11,345 nucleotides of DNA from Candidatus Methylomirabilia bacterium (GCA_041496385.1 JBGQEL010000131.1:1-11345), one strand, 5' to 3'; numbered from the stretch's first letter, positions 1 to 7,856 are shown. The notes: generated by a model not told the origin, from the sequence alone. Numbers and translations: made by a program.

Positions 1-1133
1 CCGCGCGCGATGATGCCGCGCAGGATCTCGCGCGTGCCGCCGCGCAGCGAGAACGACGGCGCGTTCTGCGTGAGATAGCCGAGCGTCTGCTGGAGGTAGC
101 TGCCGCTGTCGATCGTCGGCTCGAGCCCGACGAGGGCGTGGACGGCCTCGGGCACCTCTTGCTCGAACGTGGTCCCCACGTCCTTCACCACGGCGGCCTC
201 GAGGTTCGGGTTCTCGCCCGCCTCGAGCATGACGGCGACTGAGAGCGACATCTGGCGGAGCGTCGCGAGCTGCGCGACGAGGTGACCGAGCGTGGCCGCC
301 GCGCGCTCGCCCGGCGCCTTGCCGACCTCGCGGATCAGCTCGAGGATCAGCGCGATGCTCGACAGGTAGCGCTCGGGCCCGCTCCGCTCGAAGGCCAGCT
401 CGGTGCCGACCTGCTTCCAGCCCGCGCCCTCCTCGCCCACGCGCATGTCCTCCGGGACGAACGCGTCCTCGAAGACGACCATGTTGAAGTGGTGCGAGCC
501 GCGGAGGTCGATGATCGGGTTGATCGTGATCCCCGGCGACGTCGTGTCCACGAGGAACTGCGTCAGCCCCTCGTGCTTCTTCGCCGGATCGTGGTGCGTG
601 CGGAAGAGCGCGATCATGAAGTCGGCGCGGTGCGCGTTGCTCGTCCACACCTTGGTGCCGTTCACCTTGTAGCCGCCCGCGACGCGCTCGGCCCGCGTGC
701 GCAGGGAGGCGAGGTCGGAGCCCGAATCGGGCTCGCTCATGCCGATCGCGAACGCCAGCTCGCCGCGCGCGATCCGCGGCAGGAAGCGCTCGCGCTGAGC
801 CTCGGTGCCGAAGCGCAGCAGGAGCGGGCCCGACTGGCGGTCGGCGACCCAGTGCGCGGAGACCGGCGCGCCGGCCGCCAGCATCTCCTCGAGGACCACG
901 TAGCGCTCGAGCGCGCTCCGCTCGTGGCCGCCGTAGCGCTTCGGCCAGCGCATGCCGATCCAGCCACGCGCGCCCATCTTCCGGCTGAACTCGCGGTCCC
1001 ACCCGCCCCACGAGCGCGCTCGCTGGGCCGGCGTGCGCCCGGCCAGCTCGGTCTCCAGGAACGCCCGCACCTCCCGGCGGATCACCGCGGCCTCCGGCGG
1101 CAGCTCGCCGAGCGCGAAGTGGAAGGTCGCCAT
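1..1133 (-). CDS. Acyl-CoA dehydrogenase family protein (3' end just beyond the left edge)
   Basis: Manual translation from ATG at 1133: MATFHFALGELPPEAAVIRREVRAFL...GWIGMRWPKRYGG...FAIGMSEPDSGSDLASLRTRA...VNGTKVWTSNAH...ELAFERSGPERY...SLRGGTREILRGIIARG. These are the ACAD FAD-binding and C-terminal motifs. About 377 codons are open to the window edge. ATG overlaps the upstream stop (TGATG). Confidence 0.95.
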   Translation of the reverse strand, partial: MATFHFALGELPPEAAVIRREVRAFLETELAGRTPAQRARSWGGWDREFSRKMGARGWIGMRWPKRYGGHERSALERYVVLEEMLAAGAPVSAHWVADRQSGPLLLRFGTEAQRERFLPRIARGELAFAIGMSEPDSGSDLASLRTRAERVAGGYKVNGTKVWTSNAHRADFMIALFRTHHDPAKKHEGLTQFLVDTTSPGITINPIIDLRGSHHFNMVVFEDAFVPEDMRVGEEGAGWKQVGTELAFERSGPERYLSSIALILELIREVGKAPGERAAATLGHLVAQLATLRQMSLSVAVMLEAGENPNLEAAVVKDVGTTFEQEVPEAVHALVGLEPTIDSGSYLQQTLGYLTQNAPSFSLRGGTREILRGIIAR

Positions 1134-1525
1134 CAGCGGTAGGCCTCGCGCTTGCGCAGCTCGACGAAGACGCCGTGGGCGTCCCCGGGATGCACCCAGG
1201 CGATGTCCTTGCCCGCGCGGTGATCGACGCGCGCCCCCTGCGTCTTCAGGCGCTCGACGCTCCCCGGAACGTCCTCGCACTCGAAGCCGACGAGATAGAC
1301 GCCCTCTCCGTGTTTCGCGAGAAAGCGGCCGACGGCCTTGGCCGGATCGGTCGGCTGGAGCAGCTCGATGTGGCCGATGCCCGTGGGCAGGATGGCGTTC
1401 TTGAACCCGAACTCCTTCGACTCGCCGCGCGTGTGCACGGCCAGGCCGAACACCCGCGTGTACCGCTCGACGGCCGTCTCGAGGTCGCGGACCACGACCG
1501 ACAGCTCGATCACGTTGCCCAGCAT
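1133..1525 (-). CDS. VOC/glyoxalase superfamily protein, methylmalonyl-CoA epimerase-like
   Basis: 130 aa: VVVRDLETAVERYTRVFGL...IELLQP...RFLAKHGEGVYLVGFECEDV...WVHPGDAHGVFVEL follows the MCE-like VOC pattern. SD GGGGAGG (minus strand, 1537-1531) lies 5 nt before the ATG. Confidence 0.88.
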   Translation of the reverse strand: MLGNVIELSVVVRDLETAVERYTRVFGLAVHTRGESKEFGFKNAILPTGIGHIELLQPTDPAKAVGRFLAKHGEGVYLVGFECEDVPGSVERLKTQGARVDHRAGKDIAWVHPGDAHGVFVELRKREAYR

Positions 1526-1530
1526 GACGT

Positions 1531-1598
1531 CCTCCCCGTGTATCGCAGCGGATCATACAGTAGAATCGGATGGCTCGAAACCCGGGACGCGGAAGGAG
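1531..1598. promoter_or_regulatory. Divergent promoter region with back-to-back -10-like hexamers and both RBSs
   Basis: Minus-strand TATGAT at 1557-1552 and plus-strand TAGAAT at 1561-1566. SD GGGGAGG (minus, 1537-1531) and GGAAGGAG (plus, 1591-1598). AT-rich island in a GC-rich background. Confidence 0.6.
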
Positions 1599-1604
1599 CG
1601 CTGG

Positions 1605-2672
1605 ATGGCCACGATGACTGCGCGACCGATCGAGGGACCCGCCGCCTGGCTCGGCTGCGAGCTGGCGCGGACGACCGACTGGATCCGGCCGATCTCCGCG
1701 GCCGCGGCGCGTGAGCTGGACGCCGCGCTCCGCGCCGTGCGGGCGCGCGGGCTCGCCTGGCGCGACATGCGGCGCGAGGACTTCCCCGTTCCGGCACTCG
1801 CGGAGGAGCTGGCCCAGATCCGCCGCGCGCTGGAGGACGGCCACGGCGTCGTGCTGCTCCGCGGCCTGCCCGTCGAGCGCTACGGAGAAGACGAGCTGCG
1901 CCAGCTCTACTGGGGTCTCGGCCTGCACCTGGGCACGCCGCGCTATCAGAACGCGCACGGCGAGCTGATCGGCGAGGTCCGCGACGAGCTGCGCGTCTAC
2001 GGCACGGTGAACCAGCCGTCCGTCGTCCAGAAGACGGGTGACCCGGTGACCTCGCGCTACAAGGCGCGCACGAGTGGCCCGCTGCGCTTCCACACCGACC
2101 GCTGCGACGTCGTGGCGCTGCTCTGCGTGCGGCAGGCGAAGGCCGGCGGCGTCAGCAAGATCGTCAGCACGGTGGCGATCTACAACACGATCCTCGCGCG
2201 CCGCCCCGACCTGCACGCGCTGCTCTGCCGGGACTACCATCGCACGCGCGAGGGCGAGGAGCAGGACGGCGAGCACCGCACGTACGCGATGCCCGTATTC
2301 GGCCTGCGCGACGGCAAGCTGACGAGCCAGTACTCGCGCACCTTCGTCGAGGCGGCGCAGCGCCTCCCCGACGTGCCCCGTCTGTCGGCCGCCCAGGACG
2401 AGGCGCTCGACATGCTCGCCGAGGTCGCGGAGGAGCTCTGTTACGAGATGGAGCTCCTGCCGGGCGACATCCAGCTCCTCAACAACCACGTCGTCTATCA
2501 TGCGCGGACGGCATTCGAGGACGACCCCGCCGCGAAACGCGACCGGCTCCTCTACCGCCTCTGGCTCTCGATGCCGAACAGCCGCGCGCTCCCCGACGGC
2601 TTCGAGAGCCTCTGGGGCAGCATCGCGCCCGGCGCGCTCCGCGGCGGTATCGAGCAGCCCCCGGCCAGGTGA
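1605..2672 (+). CDS. TauD/TfdA-family Fe(II)/2-oxoglutarate-dependent dioxygenase, substrate unknown
   Basis: HxD motif (LRFHTDRCDVVALLC), distal His (NNHVVYHARTAFED) and 2OG-binding Arg region (RLLYRLWL). Start placed at ATG 1605 after SD GGAAGGAG, giving 355 aa. The ORF-track extension to 1338 overlaps the VOC gene. Confidence 0.9.
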   Translation: MATMTARPIEGPAAWLGCELARTTDWIRPISAAAARELDAALRAVRARGLAWRDMRREDFPVPALAEELAQIRRALEDGHGVVLLRGLPVERYGEDELRQLYWGLGLHLGTPRYQNAHGELIGEVRDELRVYGTVNQPSVVQKTGDPVTSRYKARTSGPLRFHTDRCDVVALLCVRQAKAGGVSKIVSTVAIYNTILARRPDLHALLCRDYHRTREGEEQDGEHRTYAMPVFGLRDGKLTSQYSRTFVEAAQRLPDVPRLSAAQDEALDMLAEVAEELCYEMELLPGDIQLLNNHVVYHARTAFEDDPAAKRDRLLYRLWLSMPNSRALPDGFESLWGSIAPGALRGGIEQPPAR

Positions 2673-3697
2673 GCGGCGTCCGCACGATGTTCGACAAGCG
2701 CCTGGCCGTCTCCGTGCCGGTCGACGGCTGGAGCCTCGCCGAGCACGCCGAGCTGGCGCGCGAGGCCGAGCGGCTCGGCTACAGGGACGCCTGGTCGTTC
2801 GAGGCGGACGGCCTCGACTGCTTCTCCCCGCTCGCGGTCGTCGGGCAGGCGACGCGCCTGCGCCTCGGCACGGCCATCGTCAACGTCTTCACGCGCGGCC
2901 CGGCCACTCTCGCCTCGTGCGCCGCCGGGATCGCCGACGTTGCGCCCGGGCGCTTCGTGCTCGGCATCGGCGCGGGCTCGCAGCCCATCGTCGAGGCCTG
3001 GAACGGCGGCGCCTTCGCCCGGCCCGCAACGCGCGTGCGTGAGATGGCCGAGTTCCTCCGCAAGGCGCTCGCGGGCGAACGGGTCGTGTTCCGGGGACAG
3101 ACGTTCACCGTCGACGGCTTCAGGCTGACGCGGCCGCCCGAGGCGCCCGTCCCGATCCACGTCGCCGCGCTGCGCCCCGGCATGCTGCGCGTGGCCGGTG
3201 AGGTGGGCGACGGCGCGATCCTCAACTGGCTCTCGGTCGAGGACGTGCCGAAGTCCGTCGCCGTCGTGCGCGACGCCGCGCGCAAGGCCGGGCGCGAACC
3301 GGCGGCGATCGAGATCACGGCGCGCCTCTTGATCAACATCGACCCGCCCGGGGCCGAGGCCGACGTGGCCGTCCGCCGCCTCGTCACGGGGTACATGAAC
3401 GTCCCCGTCTACAAGGCGTTCCACGAATGGCTCGGGCGGAGCGCCGAGCTCAAGCCCATGTGGGACGCGTGGGCCGGCGGCGACCGGAAGGGCGCCGTCG
3501 CCGCGGTGCCCGAGCGCGTGCTGCGCGACCTGATCGTCCGCGGCACGATGGCCGAGATCGGCGCTCACGTCCGCCGCTACCTCGACGCGGGGATCGACAC
3601 CGCCTTCCTCCAGCTCTCCACCACGGAGCCGGATCCCAAGCGCAAGCGCGCGCGCCTCCTCGACGCGATTCGCGCGCTCGCGCCGGGCGCGCGCTAG
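2669..3697 (+). CDS. LLM (luciferase-like) class oxidoreductase, probably F420-dependent, Rv3093c-like
   Basis: AERLGYRDAWSFE, LRLGTAIVNVFTRGPA, APGRFVLGIGAGS, PIHVAALRPGMLRVAGEVGDGAILNW, YMNVPVYKAFHEWLGR. GTG at 2669 overlaps the upstream TGA (GTGA). Alternative start is ATG 2687. Confidence 0.88.
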   Translation: MSGVRTMFDKRLAVSVPVDGWSLAEHAELAREAERLGYRDAWSFEADGLDCFSPLAVVGQATRLRLGTAIVNVFTRGPATLASCAAGIADVAPGRFVLGIGAGSQPIVEAWNGGAFARPATRVREMAEFLRKALAGERVVFRGQTFTVDGFRLTRPPEAPVPIHVAALRPGMLRVAGEVGDGAILNWLSVEDVPKSVAVVRDAARKAGREPAAIEITARLLINIDPPGAEADVAVRRLVTGYMNVPVYKAFHEWLGRSAELKPMWDAWAGGDRKGAVAAVPERVLRDLIVRGTMAEIGAHVRRYLDAGIDTAFLQLSTTEPDPKRKRARLLDAIRALAPGAR

Positions 3698-3705
3698 GGA
3701 CACTC

Positions 3706-5031
3706 ATCGGGCGCCTGCCCTTCTACTACGGCTGGGTCGTCGTCGCTGTCGCCTTCGTCACCATGGCGATCGGCGTCAACGCGCGCACCGCCTTCTCGCT
3801 CTTCTTCCCGCCGATCCTCGACGAGTTCGGCTGGGAGCGCGGGCTCACGGCGGGCGCCTTCTCCATGGGCTTCATCGTCTCGGCGCTCTTCGGGCCGCTG
3901 CTCGGCAGGCTCATGGATCGCCAGGGCCCGCGGCTCGTCGTCTCGCTGGGCGTTTCACTCATGGGCGCGGGACTCGCGCTGGCGACGCAGATCCGCGAGG
4001 TCTGGCACCTCTATGCCACGCTCGGCTTCCTCGTCGCGGGCGGGAGCCTCGGCGCCACCTACACCGGCCAGTCGCTCTACCTGCCGAACTGGTTCGTGCG
4101 CCGGCGCGGGCTCGCGATCGGCATCGCGTTCTCGGGCGTCGGCATCGGCTCGATCGTGCTGCTGCCCTGGCTGCAGCGGCTCATCCTCGGCGCGGGCTGG
4201 CGGCACGCGTGCCTCGCGATGGCCATCGTCGTCGTCTCCGTGCTGCTGCCGCTCAATCTTCTCTTCCCGCGCCGGCGGCCGGAGGACATCGGCCTCCACC
4301 CGGACGGTGACGCCGCCGCCGCCGGCGGCGCCGCGCGCGCCGACAATGTGGTGGACGTCGCGTGGGTGGCGGTGGACTGGACCCTGGCGCGCGCGATCCG
4401 GACCGCGCGCTTCTGGTGGGTCGCCCTCGGCTTCGCCACGAGCCTCTTCGCCTGGTACGGCGTACAGATCCACCAGACGAAGTATCTGATCGAGATCGGC
4501 TTCGCCCCGACCGTCGCCGCCTACGCGCTCGGCCTGGTCGGCCTCATGGGCGTGGCCGGGCAGATCGCGCTCGGCTATCTCTCCGACCGCGTCGGGCGCG
4601 AGTGGATGTGGGCGGTCGGCAACCTGGGCTTCGTCCTCTCGCTCGCGCTCCTGCTGGCGATGCGCCAGCACCCGACGCCCCTGTATCTCTACCTCATGGT
4701 TGGGGCCCAGGGACTGCTCGGCTACGGGCTCGCCGCGGTCTTCAGCGCGATTCCCGCCGAGATCTTCCAGGGTCGCAACTACGGGTCGATCTTCGGCGCG
4801 CTCACGCTCGCCTCCGTGGGCGGCTCGGGCGTGGGCCCGTGGGTCGTGGGCGCGCTCTACGACCGCACCGGGAGCTACGTCGTCGCGTTCTGGCTCGCGA
4901 TGGCATGCAGCCTGGTCTCGGCGCTCGCGATCTGGCTCGCGGCGCCGCGCAAAGTCCGCGCCGTCGCCGGCCGCATCCACGCCGTCCGGGCCACCCGCGG
5001 TGGCCTTGACGACGGCCGCCGGGCCCGGTAA
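3706..5031 (+). CDS. MFS transporter (OFA/MCT-like), start codon uncertain
   Basis: RLPFYYGWVVV N-terminus, motif A in both halves (GRLMDRQGPR, GYLSDRVGRE), WFVRRRGLAIGIAFSG, about 12 hydrophobic segments, stop TAA 5029-5031. No nearby ATG/GTG/TTG before FYYGW. ATC 3706 is proposed as the start; the first downstream ATG is 3763. Confidence 0.88.
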   Translation: MGRLPFYYGWVVVAVAFVTMAIGVNARTAFSLFFPPILDEFGWERGLTAGAFSMGFIVSALFGPLLGRLMDRQGPRLVVSLGVSLMGAGLALATQIREVWHLYATLGFLVAGGSLGATYTGQSLYLPNWFVRRRGLAIGIAFSGVGIGSIVLLPWLQRLILGAGWRHACLAMAIVVVSVLLPLNLLFPRRRPEDIGLHPDGDAAAAGGAARADNVVDVAWVAVDWTLARAIRTARFWWVALGFATSLFAWYGVQIHQTKYLIEIGFAPTVAAYALGLVGLMGVAGQIALGYLSDRVGREWMWAVGNLGFVLSLALLLAMRQHPTPLYLYLMVGAQGLLGYGLAAVFSAIPAEIFQGRNYGSIFGALTLASVGGSGVGPWVVGALYDRTGSYVVAFWLAMACSLVSALAIWLAAPRKVRAVAGRIHAVRATRGGLDDGRRAR

Positions 5032-5034
5032 GGT
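5006..5034 (+). promoter_or_regulatory. Sigma70-type promoter for the dienelactone hydrolase/molybdoenzyme pair
   Basis: TTGACG (5006-5011) - 17 nt - TAAGGT (5029-5034). ATG 5043 is 8 nt downstream of the -10. Confidence 0.65.
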
Positions 5035-5042
5035 CCCGAGGC

Positions 5043-5813
5043 ATGTGTGTTGACAACGACTCGCGACCCCCGATTCGCCCGATCGCCGGCGGCTCCGCCG
5101 GCGCGCAGGACCTCCGGCTCGTCTCCGCGGACGGCACGCGCTCCATGGCCTACGCGGCGCGCGCGGGCAAGCCCACGGGCGCGGGGATGATCGTCATCCC
5201 CGACGTGCGCGGCCTCCACCAGTACTACAAGGACCTGGCCGACCGCTTCGCCGAGGTGGGCGTGGACGCGGTCGCCATCGACTTCTTCGCGCGCACGGCG
5301 CCCGGCGACGACCGCGGCGAGAGCTTCGACTTCATGGCCCAGGTGCCGCTGACGACGCCCGAGACCCTCCAGGCCGACATCGCGGCCGCCGCCGCGTATC
5401 TCCGGAGTAAGGAAGGCGGTCAGGTGCGCTCGCTCTTCTCGGTCGGCTTTTGCTTCGGCGGGGCGCTCTCCTACCTCCAGGCGGCGAGCGGGCTCGGGTA
5501 CGCGGGCGGCATCGGCTTCTACGGCTGGCCGCTCGGCCTCCGGCGCTGGCCCGACCGGCCCAAGCCGATCGACGCGGTGCCCCGCTACACCTGTCCCGTG
5601 CTGTCGATCTTCGGCGGTGCCGACGAGGGCATCCCGCAGACCGCCGTCGACGAGTTCGACGGCGCCTGCCGGAAGGCGCGCATCAAGCACGAGTTCACGG
5701 TCTACCCGGGCGCGCCGCACAGCTTCTTCGACCGCAAGCAGACGGAGTTCGCCGAGGCGTCGGCCGACGCCTGGCGTCGCGCCCAGGCGTTCGTGCGCCA
5801 GCCCGCCGCCTGA
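5043..5813 (+). CDS. Dienelactone hydrolase family protein (Cys-nucleophile alpha/beta hydrolase)
   Basis: 256 aa. Nucleophile elbow VGFCFGG (Cys137, 5451-5453), acid in FGGADEGIP, His in YPGAPHSFF, and IPDVRGL near the N-terminus. Confidence 0.92.
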   Translation: MCVDNDSRPPIRPIAGGSAGAQDLRLVSADGTRSMAYAARAGKPTGAGMIVIPDVRGLHQYYKDLADRFAEVGVDAVAIDFFARTAPGDDRGESFDFMAQVPLTTPETLQADIAAAAAYLRSKEGGQVRSLFSVGFCFGGALSYLQAASGLGYAGGIGFYGWPLGLRRWPDRPKPIDAVPRYTCPVLSIFGGADEGIPQTAVDEFDGACRKARIKHEFTVYPGAPHSFFDRKQTEFAEASADAWRRAQAFVRQPAA

Positions 5814-5828
5814 CGCGCGGAAGCCCGC

Positions 5829-7853
5829 ATGCGTCGGGTCGTCCGCACGATGTGCCCGATGAACTGCCACCCGACCCTCTGCGGCATGCAGGTCGAGGTG
5901 GAGGACGGGCGCCTGCTCGACGTGCGCGGCGACCCCGAGAACCCCGATAGCCAGGGCTTCCTCTGCATCCGCGGCCAGGCCGCGCGCGAGATCCTGGACA
6001 ATCCAAGGCGCCTGCTGCATCCGCTCGTGCGCGCGCGGCGCGGCGAGGACTCCTGGCGCCGGGCGAGCTGGGACGAGGCGCTCGATCTCGTCGAGACGCG
6101 GATGCGCGCCGCCGGGCCCGAGGCCGTCGGGGCCTGGTCGGGCCACGGCCTCTTCGCCAACAACTACGGCACCCGGATCCACTCGCACCTGCTCCGCCGC
6201 TTCGCGAACCTCTACGGCTGCCAGTGGTGGAGCCCGACGATGATCTGCTGGGGTCTCGGCGCCTTCGGCCTGGGCCTCACCGGCGCCCTCGAGACCAGCA
6301 CCAAGGAGGACATGGGCGCGCACGCGGCGCTCGTCGTCCTCTGGGGCGCGAATCTCGCCAGCCAGCCGAACACCGCGCGCTACCTCGTCGCCGCGCGCCG
6401 GCGCGGCGCGGGCGTGGTCGTCGTCGACGTGCGCGAGACCGAGGCCGCCGCCCACGCGGACGACCTGGTGCTCCTCCGGCCGGGGACGGACGCGGCGCTC
6501 GCGCTCGGCATGATGCACGTCATCGTCGCCGAGGGGCTGCACGACCGCGAGTTCGTCGCCCGGCACACGCTCGGCTTCGACGCGCTCGCAGCGCACCTGG
6601 CCGCGCATGGGCCGGCGTGGGCCGCGGCGGTGACGGGTGTGGCGGCCGAGCGCATCGTGACGCTGGCGCGGCGTTACGCGGCAACGCGGCCGGCGATGAT
6701 CGTGCTCGGCGGCAGCTCCATGCACAAGGGCAGCAACGGCTGGCAGGGCGCGCGCGCCGTCGGCTGCCTGCCCGCCCTCACGGGCAACCTCGGGGTGCCC
6801 GGCGGCGGCTTCGGGCCGCGCCACGGCGGTGCGAGCCACGGTCAGGCGCTCGAGAGCATCGTGGCCCTCGAGCGGCGCCCGCCCCGTGACTGGATCCCGA
6901 ATCAGATGCCGCGGATCACCGAGGCGCTCGTCGACGGGCGCGTGCGCGCGCTCCTGCTGTTCGGGACCGACATGCTTTCCTCGTTCGCCGACGCGGGCCA
7001 CCTGGCCACGGGCCTCGCCCGCGCCGACCTGGTGATGAGCTACGACCTCTTCCTGAACGACACCGCGCGGGGCTTCGCCGACGTGGTCCTGCCGGCGACG
7101 GCGTGGCTGGAGGAGCTGGGCTGCAAGAGCACGAACACGCATCTCTACCTGATGCCCAAGGTCCTCGAGCCCGCCGGCGAGGCGCGCTCGCCCATGTGGC
7201 TGCTGCGCGAGCTGGCGCGGCGCCTCGACGTGCCCGACTTCTTTCCCTGGGCGAGCGACGCCGGGCCGATCGACGCGATCCTCGATCACCCCGCGACAGG
7301 CCGCGCGACGGTCGCGGCGCTCGAGGCCGAGGGCGGCATCCGGGCGCTCCGCGTCTCCCACGTCGCGCACCCCGACCGAGCCTTCGCGACGCCGTCGGGC
7401 AAGATCGAGTTCTGGTCGGAGCGCGCGCGCGAGCTGGGGCTGCCGCCGCTCCCGGTTCATGAGGACCTGCCGGTCTCGCCCTACCCGCTCGTGTTCCGCC
7501 AGGGACGGACGCTCACGCAGTTTCACGGCTTCTACGACCACGGCCGCGCATTGCCGACGCTCGCCGCGGCCGATCCGGAGCCGCGCCTCTGGATCGCCCC
7601 GGCCGACGCCGCGGCGCGTGGCGTCGCCGACGGCGTGGCGATCCGGATCTGGAACGAGCGCGGGGAGTTTGCCGGACGCGCGCAGGTGACGGCGCGCGTG
7701 CCGCCGGGCACGGTGTGGATGCGCGACGGCTGGGAGGGCCTCAACCGGCTGACCGACGGCCGCGCGGTGCTGCCCGACGCGGCCGTGGACGCTTTCGGCT
7801 TCTCGGGCGGCCAGGCGTCGTTCGACGCGCGCGTCGAGGTCGCGCCGTGCTGA
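5829..7853 (+). CDS. Molybdopterin (bis-MGD) oxidoreductase, DMSO-reductase superfamily, cytoplasmic, function unknown
   Basis: 674 aa. N-terminal Fe-S motif CPMNCHPTLC-x27-CIRG, then ASWDEALD, WGAN, LRPGTDAALALG, LTGNLGVPGGG, DTARGFADVVLPATAWLE, TPSGKIEF, and a C-terminal dinucleotide-binding domain (PADAAARGVADG...NERG...VPPGTVWM). No TAT leader. SD-like GGAAG at 5819-5823. Confidence 0.93.
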   Translation: MRRVVRTMCPMNCHPTLCGMQVEVEDGRLLDVRGDPENPDSQGFLCIRGQAAREILDNPRRLLHPLVRARRGEDSWRRASWDEALDLVETRMRAAGPEAVGAWSGHGLFANNYGTRIHSHLLRRFANLYGCQWWSPTMICWGLGAFGLGLTGALETSTKEDMGAHAALVVLWGANLASQPNTARYLVAARRRGAGVVVVDVRETEAAAHADDLVLLRPGTDAALALGMMHVIVAEGLHDREFVARHTLGFDALAAHLAAHGPAWAAAVTGVAAERIVTLARRYAATRPAMIVLGGSSMHKGSNGWQGARAVGCLPALTGNLGVPGGGFGPRHGGASHGQALESIVALERRPPRDWIPNQMPRITEALVDGRVRALLLFGTDMLSSFADAGHLATGLARADLVMSYDLFLNDTARGFADVVLPATAWLEELGCKSTNTHLYLMPKVLEPAGEARSPMWLLRELARRLDVPDFFPWASDAGPIDAILDHPATGRATVAALEAEGGIRALRVSHVAHPDRAFATPSGKIEFWSERARELGLPPLPVHEDLPVSPYPLVFRQGRTLTQFHGFYDHGRALPTLAAADPEPRLWIAPADAAARGVADGVAIRIWNERGEFAGRAQVTARVPPGTVWMRDGWEGLNRLTDGRAVLPDAAVDAFGFSGGQASFDARVEVAPC

Positions 7854-7856
7854 CCG

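Noticed and set aside
282..1142. 286-aa plus-strand ORF and other short ORFs here
   Set aside because: Antisense shadow of the clearly recognisable acyl-CoA dehydrogenase.
1605..2672. tauD (taurine dioxygenase) call
   Set aside because: Only superfamily motifs are present. It is longer than TauD and has no tauABC context.
3427..3705. ATG 3427 as the MFS start
   Set aside because: It would overlap the LLM gene by about 270 nt and add a low-complexity Arg-rich off-frame peptide.
2552..4980. Minus-strand ORFs 2552..3703, 2779..3396 and 3955..4980
   Set aside because: Antisense shadows of the LLM and MFS genes with no recognisable motifs.
5043..5813. Hydrolase as a PETase/MHETase feeding the TphA-like oxygenase
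   Set aside because: It has a Cys nucleophile (GFCFGG) and no signal peptide. PET hydrolases are secreted Ser hydrolases (GxSxG).
5829..7853. Formate dehydrogenase, nitrate reductase or selenoprotein
   Set aside because: The ligand codon is TGC followed by Trp, not His or Met. There is no in-frame TGA and no partner subunit.
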